Positions 1 to 9,971 of a stretch of DNA of 64,000 bases are shown here, in pieces. The first letter of the stretch is position 1. Every line of letters starts with the position of its first letter. The stretch comes from Podarcis muralis (taxonomy: Eukaryota). The DNA lies in the NCBI RefSeq assembly GCF_964188315.1, contig NC_135667.1, forward strand, positions 26,102,001 to 26,166,000. The letters are read 5' to 3'. A model generated the notes under the pieces. The model was not told the DNA's origin and made no database searches. It saw only the letters and a program-made list of their open reading frames with translations. Position numbers and translations under genes: made by a program.

Positions 1-487
1 TTAGACTGAGTAATATAGAAAACCCTATAAAGCTACTGAGCCAAGATGCAGCCGCTAAATGGATACAAGCCTGGGTGTTCATGGTTGTAAAATAATGCAA
101 TGGTTTGCTGATTGCTAGGTACCTATCATAAGACATCACACCAAGTAAACAGCATTCTGTAGCTAGTAAGGAACCACAGAAGTACCACTGCATCAAACAG
201 CTGGTGACAGAAAGGCTTCCATCTCCGGTAGAGAGAGATGAAAGCATCCATGGAAATATATAGGAGCTGTAGCAAGCCTCCAGGAAGGATAGGTTCCCCA
301 GGAAGAAATACATAGGGGTGTGAAGATGCTGGTTAAAAATAACAGCAGCAACAATGAGAATGTTTCCTGTCATGATCACAACGTAAATCACTAGAAATGT
401 GAGGAAGAGAAATGTCTGCACTTCATGGAATTCCACAAATCCCAGGAGGATGAATTCCTCAATCTTTGACTGGTTTTCCAACTTCAT
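1..487 (-). CDS. Olfactory receptor, 5' half (truncated by window edge); paralog of OR 6098-7063
   Basis: Manual translation from ATG at 487: MKLENQSKIEEFILLGF...LHTPMYFFLGNLSFLEACYSS...MSYDRYLAISKPLHY. The frame stays open to the window edge. The 3' half is not visible, so intactness is unknown. Confidence 0.85.
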   Translation of the reverse strand, partial: MKLENQSKIEEFILLGFVEFHEVQTFLFLTFLVIYVVIMTGNILIVAAVIFNQHLHTPMYFFLGNLSFLEACYSSYIFPWMLSSLSTGDGSLSVTSCLMQWYFCGSLLATECCLLGVMSYDRYLAISKPLHYFTTMNTQACIHLAAASWLSSFIGFSILLSL

Positions 488-601
488 CTACTTGAGATAT
501 GTTAGATCCTGTTGAAAAAAGGAATAACAAAAAACAGAAATAATTGAGGAGTCAATTGTCACATTAGTGCAAGAGGTTTGAGAGCTGATGTTGTCACTCA
601 A

Positions 602-1340
602 CTCTTTTGGTGTAGCAGCGTTGCATCCACTGGGTCCCTGATGACGAACCATGCCTTCAGTGCCCCTACCTCCTATCAGGAGCCAGATCCTGGCCTGCAC
701 CCTTCTTTGGCGAATGGGACTCAGGCTCAGGTCCGCCCCCTGGCTGTTTAAGCAGCCCACACTTGGGGCACTATCTACTTTTTCCTTCGTCGGGTTTTCC
801 ACCCGCCCACCCTCTGTTTAAGCTGTTAGTCAAGGAATTTGCTGTGGTTACAGTGGTAGCCATTCTTTACAGGGACATATAGGAATTTGTCCACTGGGCA
901 AATTGGGCCTGACCCAGGGATTTTGCCTACCTCATAGCAATCGTCACATTGGGTTGGGCACTGGGGCAATCTGTTGTCTTGGATGGACGGGAGGTTGTAG
1001 TCTCCACCTGCCCCTCTAAATTCTGGGATACCTCACTAAAGGGATCTGGGGGAAGTGGTCATGTTCGCGTGCCCAGGTGGGGCCAGAGCCAAAGGCACTC
1101 CCACAGACACTGGTCCCTATGGGGGTAATCTTACTTGATGTACGTCTTAGGAATCCCTGCCTGGGTTGACCAACGTGTCACTTCCAGTGGACACGTTGGA
1201 AGTATTTTGATTGCCCCATGCCCAAGCCAAACCTCTTTCATCTGTATTCAATAAAGTTGTGACCTGTTTGGATCCAACCAGTCTTAATGCTCTCTTATTT
1301 ATCTATGTTGGGGACATTGGAGACCGACCCCTGGACCTGC
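602..1340 (+). mobile_element. LTR-like interspersed insertion (family unassigned)
   Basis: About 740 bp present here and absent from the paralogous flank at 7160-7190. GC-richer than its surroundings, with AATAAA near 1250. Exact ends and TSD are not resolved. Confidence 0.55.
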
Positions 1341-2274
1341 AAGTCATTGAGCTTGTGTATTAGTATCATTGAATATAGTGACCACAGTTCGTCTTGGGGT
1401 TGTGCACTGATTTGGCTGTTATGCTACACCACAGATGTACTGTTATATTGTCAGGTAGTAAAAAAGCTAAAGCAAGGATTTGTCAGTGGAGAAAGCATTA
1501 GTGAAACATCACCTAACATATCTTCCTGTAAACTTTTTAATCATGATGATGCATACTCAGATAATAACAACAACAACATCCCTACCTCTTTGCTCATATG
1601 AAGAAATTTATTTCATCATTTATTAAACATAAAATTCTTTTTAATAATTAGCCTATAATATTTGAAAACTAATGAGGTGTTTTTCCTCTAACAATTGATT
1701 CATGCCTCTATGCTTCTAACATTTAGAAAACTTTTCTGAAGCCCTAAATTTATTTACAGGGAATTTATATAATGGGGGGCAGGGATAATAGTTTTCTTCA
1801 GGTATCAGTCTTCCTCTTTTAATGACTTTGTTCAGGTTTTGGGTTTTTTGGAACCAATGATCAACACTATGAATATTAAATATAGGTGTAGAAAACAAAA
1901 CAAAATAGTAATTGATAACTTGTGAAGTGGTGGAGTACTGCAGTTCCTCTAAGTGTTTAGAGAGAACAGAAATTAATTTCAAATTTCATCACAAGCATTC
2001 TCCTTCATAGAATAGTTCCTACTATGCCTATATTTTAAGGGAGGCGCAGTGTAAATTAATAATGAAGAGTCTTCTTCAGTAAAAGAATAAAAGCTTTACT
2101 GAGTTAAAACTTGTTTGCAAATAAACAGCATAGTGAACAAAAGATTAAACTAGCTTCAGAGCATACACAGAGTACAGGCTTCACTTCTGAGTCAGGCTCC
2201 ATACACACACTGACTCCACCCTGCTCAGGCCTCACAGAGTCTCCAAACTGTCTGCCTGCAAGCAGATACAGATA

Positions 2275-2500
2275 CAGTGGTACCTCGGGTTAAGTACTTA
2301 ATTAGTTCCAGAGGTCTGTTCTTAACCTGAAACTGTTCTTAACCTGAAGCACCACTTTAGCTAATGAGGCCTCCTGCTGCCACCACACCGCCGGAGCCCG
2401 ATTTCTGTTCTCATCCTGAAGCAAAGTTCTTAACCCGAGGTACTATTTCTGGGTTAGCAGAGTGTGTAACCTGAAGTATCTGTAACCCGAGGTACCACTG
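2275..2500. mobile_element. Tc1/mariner-superfamily (Tigger/pogo-like) MITE
   Basis: Perfect 18-bp TIR CAGTGGTACCTCGGGTTA...TAACCCGAGGTACCACTG, flanking TA TSD, 226 bp. A second copy lies at 46291. Confidence 0.9.
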
Positions 2501-3464
2501 TACTTAAACAGAGAATGAGTCATCCTCACATGAGTCATAGTGATTCAGTATACAGAGTGATTCTGCAGCTTTTCAGCATTTCACAACATTTCTAGACTCC
2601 TTTACTGCTCTCTTTATTGCTTCTGCTCTCAAATACCTTTGTCACATGACATTAAGTGCACCCCATATTTAAAGCCCAGGCCTTTGTTTGAAATGAGCTT
2701 CTTGCTGCCCACCTCTCACCACAGAAGCAATGCCAGAAAGAAGGCAATGGTAACATAGGCACAGATATCAAGAAAGAAATCTTGTTAACTAGGGCTGGGA
2801 AATCTGTGGTTCACCAGATGCCCATCATCCCCACCAAGCATGGTCAATGGGCAGGAATATTAGGATCTGTAGCCCAGAAACATATGAAAGGCTGTGGACG
2901 CTGGGACACACCAGATGCTGTTGGACTGCAACTCCCATCACCCTCAAACAACATAGTCAATGTTCAAGCATTATGGGCTGTAGTAGAGAAACATTGGGAG
3001 GACTTCAGGTTTCCCATTCTTGTAGAGGAATTAGGAATGAGAGAGAAATTTGGTGCAGTTAGAATTTTAATGCAAGCCGAAATAATTCACACTTTCCAAA
3101 ACAATATGCAAACCAAAATGCAGCTAACCTTCAAAATAACTACTTCAATTTTGTAATTCAATTCTGCAACCAAATAAGGCTCTGATATTTGAGATTTGGA
3201 GGGAGACCATGCATTGTTCATTAATTAATTAATTAATTAATTACATGTATATACCTCCCTTCATCAGAGGGTCAGAAGGTAGTTTACTGTATAAAACAAG
3301 AAAATACATAACAGAATAACAAAGAAAACAACGACGCTTGCGCCACGCCCCCACTTTAAAAGGCCATGGATTTTTAAAATTGTTTTCACCTAGCACCTAA
3401 AGCTATGTAATGAAGGTGCCAGCTGAGTAGGAAAGGTAAGGGAGTTGGCTCTGGTTGTATATAT

Positions 3465-3594
3465 CAGAGGTGGGGAACCTACAGCCCTTCAGGTGCTGCT
3501 ACTCCCCTCCCCCCTGATGCTTTGCCATGCTGACTTGGAATGATGGGAGTTCGAGTACAACATGATCTGGAGGCCCACAGGTTCCACAACTCTG
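3465..3594. mobile_element. hAT-type MITE
   Basis: TIR CAGAGGTGGGGAACCT / AGGTTCCACAACTCTG and 8-bp TSD GTATATAT/GCATATAT. A duplicated copy lies at 18228-18357. Confidence 0.7.
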
Positions 3595-4921
3595 GCATAT
3601 ATAAACTAAACAGACATTACACAGACCACAAGTTTCCAGTACTCTCTCTTTGGAAACCTGAAAGTTTAAAAGATTTATTGTTGCATAACAAAGGAAGCTG
3701 TTTTTGAATACTGGAAGAGGAAATCAATCTTCCATTTCTTTTTCCTCCTTCCAGAAAGAACCCTGTATAGTGAACTATGTATGGTGTATAACTTCATTGT
3801 GAACCTACCCACCCCAACTCTAAGCCATGATATTATGTTAGTGCTCAAGCAGACCAATTGCCCCATTCCACCTCCCAATAATACCCTCAATATTCCAGTC
3901 ATCTTAGACAATGAGCATAGGTCCTTGTTGGGTTATTATTTAAACCTTCCCCCCATTTTAATTTAGACACTAACATATGTGTGCCTATATGGTAGCTCGT
4001 AGAAATATGAAAGTATTCGCTTCTGTTTACTGTGACCTTATTTTGAAATTGATAGGCACAGGGCCACCAATATTTGGTATTAGAAGAACACAATTGTTCC
4101 TAATATTTTCTAATATACCACATAATATTCATAGATATTTTTTACATGGAGTGTGAACAAAAGAATGTGTTAAGTACCTCTATCCCAGATGAATGAGGAA
4201 TTGAAGTTTACGGAAGGTCCAATTTCTATTATTCGTTGGTCCTGGAAGAAAGCTGTACCTTTTCCATTCTTTTCCAATATTCATGATATTTGGCTCACTT
4301 AGGCTACATTTTCTTAGTTAGTTCCTTGTGTAATTTCTGCATCTGATGGTTTTACATTTCTCGTTTCAGCAACAAAAGGAAGTCTCCCCTTGACTGTTAT
4401 TTATTCTTGGGGAAAATAGGTGGCCTTGTAATAATTTATTAGCAGTGGTTTCAGAGAGATTGCCAATTATTAGTTATGAACTCCAGTGAGAGTTCAGGCA
4501 AACAAAATGAACTTAGAATGAAATAACATGGGGATGTTGCATCATTAAAGGAAATCCCTGAAGATGGTCCTTTGGGCCAATTCACCTAATGTGGGTACAC
4601 TACTTCATTTCTCACCATTTGATTGGGGATTCCGAGCTGAATTGGTACACTAATTTCATTCTGAAACACTCTGTTTCAGTGGGATTCTGTCAGATTCTAT
4701 AATGACCCCACCAGTATATTTTGAGTATAGACATGTTCTTAAAAAGTTTAAGGTTGGAAGATTTTCAACTTCTCTGCCATTTTGTTCAAACTTCATGTGT
4801 ATTAGGAAGGGAAAAACAAAAAATGAAGATAGAAAAAGAAAGAAACAATTGGATTGAAATTGAAAATCAAGTTTTGTACAGGGAAAGGAATAGGAATTTG
4901 TGTATTGGACATCCTGCAAAC

Positions 4922-5052
4922 CAGGGATGGGGAACCTGTGGATACCAGATGTTGATGGACTTCGACTAAGAGCAGCCCCATCAGCATGGTCAATGGTCTT
5001 GGATTATGGGAGTTGGAGTCCAACACCACCAAGAAAGCCACAGGTTCTTTAT
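4922..5052. mobile_element. Degenerate hAT-like MITE (paralog about 19679-19815)
   Basis: CAGGGATGGGGAACCTGTGG...CCACAGGTTC termini, with the internal palindromic architecture shared by the other MITEs in the window. Confidence 0.5.
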
Positions 5053-5200
5053 CTATTTTTCATGTTTGCTTTACATCAATACAAGAAGTGCTACAGAGGA
5101 CATTGTATAACCACATAATTTAATAAATTCACTCATAATTTTTATTTTTTGCATGCATTCAGTTTTATTTATAAACATGAAGTAGACTGCCAATCCTGAT

Positions 5201-5355
5201 TCACAAATTGCCCTTCCAACACTTTTGTAGTAGCCTTTCCAGGACTTCCTTTACATCCTTGTTTCTCAAACTGTATATAAGAGTATTACCTATAGAGGGA
5301 ATGACTGTGTAGAGAACAGAAACAATTTTATTGAAATATCTCATGGATTCCCTGC
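5201..5355 (-). pseudogene. OR pseudogene, 3' fragment (TM7 and C-tail only)
   Basis: Translates RESMRYFNKIVSVLYTVIPSIGNTLIYSLRNKDVKEVL. The PxxNP motif is degraded and no upstream OR homology is seen. Confidence 0.8.
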
Positions 5356-5709
5356 TTATTGTGAACAGAAGAGGCTTCTCCTGCCTCTTTCACTATCAGT
5401 AGTTATGCATGCCTACATATGTAAAGCAGTTTTGTTGCCCTGTGCAGTTCAAGATTACAAGGTGTCTTCGGGTCATTATTTATTCCCTCCACTTCTAATT
5501 ACAAGAACAACAAACACTTTTACAGAATCATATTTGGGGACACTTTGTGGCCTGTATTGGTGCCTGTGTACTATATTCTATTAAAAGTGACTGCCAATAA
5601 AAATTATATGGAGAAATGATCTAGGGAAATTCAAAGAACAAATTAGGGGTGCACTGTAATTTGTTAAATTTCATTTTTCTTACAAACTTATTTATTGATT
5701 TCTTATATA

Positions 5710-6006
5710 TACCATATTGGCGCAAATATAAGCTGCACCCGAATATAAGTCGCACCTTTAAAATTCAAGGGGAGGGGGAGAGAGAGAGAGAGAAAGGCAA
5801 TACCCCAAAATAGGCTGCTCCCTTAGAATTCTGCAGGCACTCACATCCGTTTCATTTTACCATATGTCTATTTCAGCAGAGATATTGTAAAAGCCAATTT
5901 TTGTAAGGTCCTGAATTTAACTTGCACTTTAACTTTTCATCGTCGGAATTTGGAAAAAAAGCGAGGCTTATAGGCAAGACGGGATGGGGATAACAAAAAG
6001 ACGGTA
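5710..6006. mobile_element. Degenerate DNA-transposon (Tc1/pogo-like) remnant
   Basis: Left end TACCATATTGGCGCAAATATAAGCTGCACCCGAATATAAGTCGCACC; partial inverted counterpart (GAGGCTTATA ... ACGGTA) at about 5965-6006. Confidence 0.4.
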
Positions 6007-6097
6007 TATATAACAACAACAGCCGTAGCACATCTATTATCACTTCGACAGTAAACACTTATGGAGACAAATGACAGTACGTAGAATGTTGCTTCTT

Positions 6098-7063
6098 TTA
6101 CACATTCACAAGCTTCTTAGCAATTGCTTTGCATGATACAATGCTACCAATATTATTTCTCAAGGCATTTTTGACTTCTTTGTTTCTCAGGCTGTATATA
6201 AATGGGTTGGCCAGAGGGGGCAAAACTAAATACAAGAGAGAGGAAATTTTTTGCATCTCTCCATTGCCTTCCCCCTTTGGTAACATATACACAATCATTA
6301 GTGAACCATAAAAGATCGAAACCACAATCAAGTGAGAGGAGCAGGTGGAAAAGGCCTTTTGCCTCCCTGTGGTGGAAGGGATTTTCAAGATGGCAACAAT
6401 TATATATACATAAGATGTTAAAGTTAAAAGAAAAGGAGGGAGTGTGAATATAATAGCCACAATGAAACCCAACATTTCCATCAAGCTGGTGTCACTGCAA
6501 GAGAGCTTAAGGAGCGGGAAGTAGTCACAAAAGTAATGGTTAATTTCATTGGGGCCACAAAACGTTAACTGCAACATCAGACTGAGTAATATCAGGAAAG
6601 CTATAAATCCACTGATCCAAGATGCAACTGCTAATTGGATGCAAGTCCAGGTGTTCATGGTTGTAAAATAATGCAGTGGTTTACAGATTGCTAGGTACCT
6701 ATCATAAGACATCACACAAAGTAAATAGCATTCTGCAGCAATCAAGGAACCACAGAGATACCACTGCATAAAACAGCTGGTGACAGAAAGTCTTCCATCT
6801 CCAGTGGAGAGAGACGAAAGCATCCGTGGAAATACATTGGAACTATAGCAAGCCTCCAAGAAGGAGAGGTTCCCCAGGAAGAAATACATCGGTGTATGAA
6901 GATGCTGATCAAAAACAATAAGGACAACAATGAGAGTGTTTCCAGCCATCATCACAACATAAATTACTAGAAATGTGAGGAAGAGAAGTGTCTGCACTTC
7001 GTAGAATTCCCCAAATCCCAGGAGGATGAATTCCTCAATCTTTGACTGGTTTTCCAACTTCAT
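6098..7063 (-). CDS. Olfactory receptor, class II (OR11/OR6-like group), 321 aa
   Basis: Intact ORF with N-glycosylation site NQS, LHTPMYFFLGNLS, MSYDRYLAICKPLHY, KAFSTCSSH and NPFIYSLRNKEVK. Confidence 0.97.
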   Translation of the reverse strand: MKLENQSKIEEFILLGFGEFYEVQTLLFLTFLVIYVVMMAGNTLIVVLIVFDQHLHTPMYFFLGNLSFLEACYSSNVFPRMLSSLSTGDGRLSVTSCFMQWYLCGSLIAAECYLLCVMSYDRYLAICKPLHYFTTMNTWTCIQLAVASWISGFIAFLILLSLMLQLTFCGPNEINHYFCDYFPLLKLSCSDTSLMEMLGFIVAIIFTLPPFLLTLTSYVYIIVAILKIPSTTGRQKAFSTCSSHLIVVSIFYGSLMIVYMLPKGEGNGEMQKISSLLYLVLPPLANPFIYSLRNKEVKNALRNNIGSIVSCKAIAKKLVNV

Positions 7064-8480
7064 CTAATTGAGAAATGTCAGATCCTATTCAAAAAAGGAA
7101 TAACAAAAAATAGAAATAATTGATGAGTCCATTGTCACATTAGTGCAAGAGGTTTGAGAGGTGATGTTGTTATACAAGTGGTAGAGCTTGTGTATTAGTG
7201 TCATTGAATATAGTGACCACAGTTTGTCTTTGGGTTGTGTAAGAACTCACCAGCTCAGGGCACTGATTTAGCTATTATGCTACACCATAGATACACTGAC
7301 ATGTTATATCATCAGGTAGTAAAAAAGCTAAAGTAAGATTTTTGTAGTGGAGAAAACATTAGCAAAAGGAATTTCACCTAACATATCTTCCTGTTCACTT
7401 TTCCATCATGATGATGCATATAATAATAATAATAATAATAATAATACCTCCTACCTCATATGCAGACATTTATTTAATCATTTATTAAAGGAAAATTTCT
7501 TTCAAAAAAATAACCAATTATATTTGGAAACCAAATGAGGTACTATTCTCTAACATTATTTCCTGCACTATTAATCCATGCCTCTACAATTCTAACATTT
7601 AGAAAACTTTTTTAAAATCCTAAATTGATATATAAGCAATTCACATCCAAACAAACAAACAAACAAAACCTATTGTTTTCTTCAGGTATCAGTCCTGCTC
7701 TTTTAATCATTTTGTTGATGTGTTTTCTTTTTTCTTTTTCTTTTTGGAGTGGTTGGGACCAATGATCAACAGGGTGAATATTACAAATAGGAGTAGAAAA
7801 TAAAATAAAATCAGCATTGATAACTTGTGAAGTGGTGGAGTTCTTCAGTTCCTCTAAGTGTGCACAGAGATCAGAAATAAACCTCAAACTCCATTATTTC
7901 AAATGAATCACAGGCATTCCCCTTAATAGAATATTTCCTATTATGCCTATATTTTAGGTACGACCCATATTTTAAAGTCCAGTTCTTTATTTGAAATGAG
8001 CTCCTTGCTGGCTGCTCACCTCCCACTGCAAAAGCAAAGCTAGAAAAACAGAAATGGCAACATAGACACTGATGTCAAGAAAGTAATCTTGTTAACTAAG
8101 GCTGGGAAAGCTGTGGTCCACCAGATGCCCATCATCCCCACCAAGCATGGTCAATGGCCAGGAATATTACTATCTGTAGCCCAGAAGCATTTGAAAGGCT
8201 ATGGGTGCTATGACAGACCAGATGCTGTTGCACTGCAACTCCCATCACCCTCAAACAACATAGTCAATGCTCAAGTATGATGAGCTGTAGTAGTTGAGAA
8301 ACATTGGAAGGGTATCAGGTTTCCCATCCTTGTAGAAGAATTAGGAATGAGAGGGCAATTTGGTTCAGTTAGGATTTTAATGCCTAACTAATTCACACTT
8401 TAAAGAACAATAGGCAAACCAAAATGCAGCTGAACTTTGAAATCTGAGCTTCTTCCAATTTTGTAATTCAGTTCTCTAAC
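6580..8480 (+). repeat. Segmental duplication paralogous to 1-3177
   Basis: OR 5' half and upstream flank are collinear with 1-600 and 1345-3177, apart from insertions in the left copy. Confidence 0.85.
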
Positions 8481-9463
8481 CAAATATTATGTACAACATG
8501 TGGATATTTGGGATGAAAATGCATGTATAAGTGAAAATAACATTCAAAATGTCATAAAAATTGTTTTTTGTAATGTGTATATCAGTCAGAAATGAATACC
8601 TAAAAATGCCCTAAAATGGTCACAGATGTTTTTGACAACATATATATATAAAGCATACAAACCGATGCAGGAATGTGAAGAACCAGGAAAGTGATAGCTT
8701 CATTCATAATTAAGAGTAATAAACATTTACCTTTTGATGATATTTCTTGGCACTATTTTACTGATCCATGTTATCTGTTTATTGAGAATAGAAAAAGGCA
8801 TTCTAAGTCTCTTCCTTCTCCTTGAGTCATCCAATATCACTGTCCTCTTGATTTGGGAATTTATGCATGCAGACAATGTGTACCAGTTTTGATGTCCTGT
8901 GTAGCACATCTTGTGTTGTACAAATATTAAGATGGCGAAACCCGTGCTTTTAAGCAAAATAAATCAGCTTTTACTGTCTCAGCCCCACCAGAACAGCAAC
9001 ACTCTTAGGGACATTTACTTTAAGTTCATACACTATTTAAAAATATTCTTCTCAAGGGAATATAGTCTATAATGACAAAATGTAACTCTCCCAGGATCCT
9101 GTTTTTATTATGAAGTGAACAGTCATCTGTGAAACAGAATCTTGCAAAGAACACAAAAATCTAACAATGTACAAGATAAGGGACAATTAGTCCCCAAAAT
9201 CCTGAAAGAAGACTCAAGATATGAAATGGTCAAAAGGTTATATTTATTAAAAGATAACAAAATGGAAGATTTTCTATTCATATAAACCAAATTGATTCAA
9301 TGAAACAAAGGGAATCTCAACAGTCAGGGGAAGTCTCAATTTATTTAGTTAGTTATTAAATATTATGCATCATTTGTTTATAAAAAGACCCTCAAAGTGG
9401 TTTACACATTTAATAAAACAATGAAAGTATCAATTAAAGGTGATTTCTGATAGAGAGAGATAA

Positions 9464-9971
9464 TGTCAGGGAGTCTTGATAACAAAGGAGTGTAGTTAAT
9501 TAAGAAGAAGATTTATTGCAAAAACAGAGTACACCGGAGCAGTGATCACAGCCGTCTGTCTATAAATCAAAGATGTCCCTTCTAAGAAGGGTGTTTCCGG
9601 TGAGACCAGAAACAGCTGAACTTCCTCTTGTGACCTATTCTGTCTTGAAGATCCCCCCCCATACATCTAGACCTTGGACTGAGGGGGTTAGCTCCCACCT
9701 CTTCCTCCTTCTCTGAAACAGTACTTCCGTGGTCCTTCCCGCTCTCTGAGCTGCTTTCGTTTCTAGCCCTGCATTTTGTTCTTCACTAGTGCTCTGGCAA
9801 GCTGCCAGCTGACTCTCTGCAACTCTGTTATCAGTTGACATTCCTAAGGGCAGGGCAGTTCGCTCTCTGCTGTAAGCATCCTGTCTTGCAGTTAACCCTC
9901 TCTCTTTCTGGCTACTTCCTACACTGGGAGCTGGTTGCAAACTTTCCCTGGGGGCTGGCTCATCCATGACA
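9464..9971 (-). mobile_element. Solo LTR, 508 bp
   Basis: TGTCA...TGACA termini, perfect 5-bp TSD GATAA (9459-9463 and 9972-9976), minus-strand AATAAA at 9512-9517. Confidence 0.85.

Larger units (their letters stand above)
3178..5200 (+). repeat. Segmental duplication copy 1 (paralog 17936-20006)
   Basis: Collinear by-eye alignment over about 2 kb, with a near-identical core at about 4080-4950. Confidence 0.9.

Noticed and set aside
488-802. 104-aa ORF ending immediately before the OR ATG
   Set aside because: It spans the LTR-like insertion and intronic flank, has no recognisable domain and is absent from the paralog.
4656-4919. ORF conserved with 19412-19750 (QNGREVENLPTLNFLRT...)
   Set aside because: Conservation follows from near-identical duplication; the N-termini differ, part derives from a MITE, and no known motif is present.
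6129-6447. Short ORFs antisense to OR genes (also 16874, 21349, 40105, 45373)
   Set aside because: Typical antisense shadows of OR coding sequence, repeated only because the ORs are paralogous.
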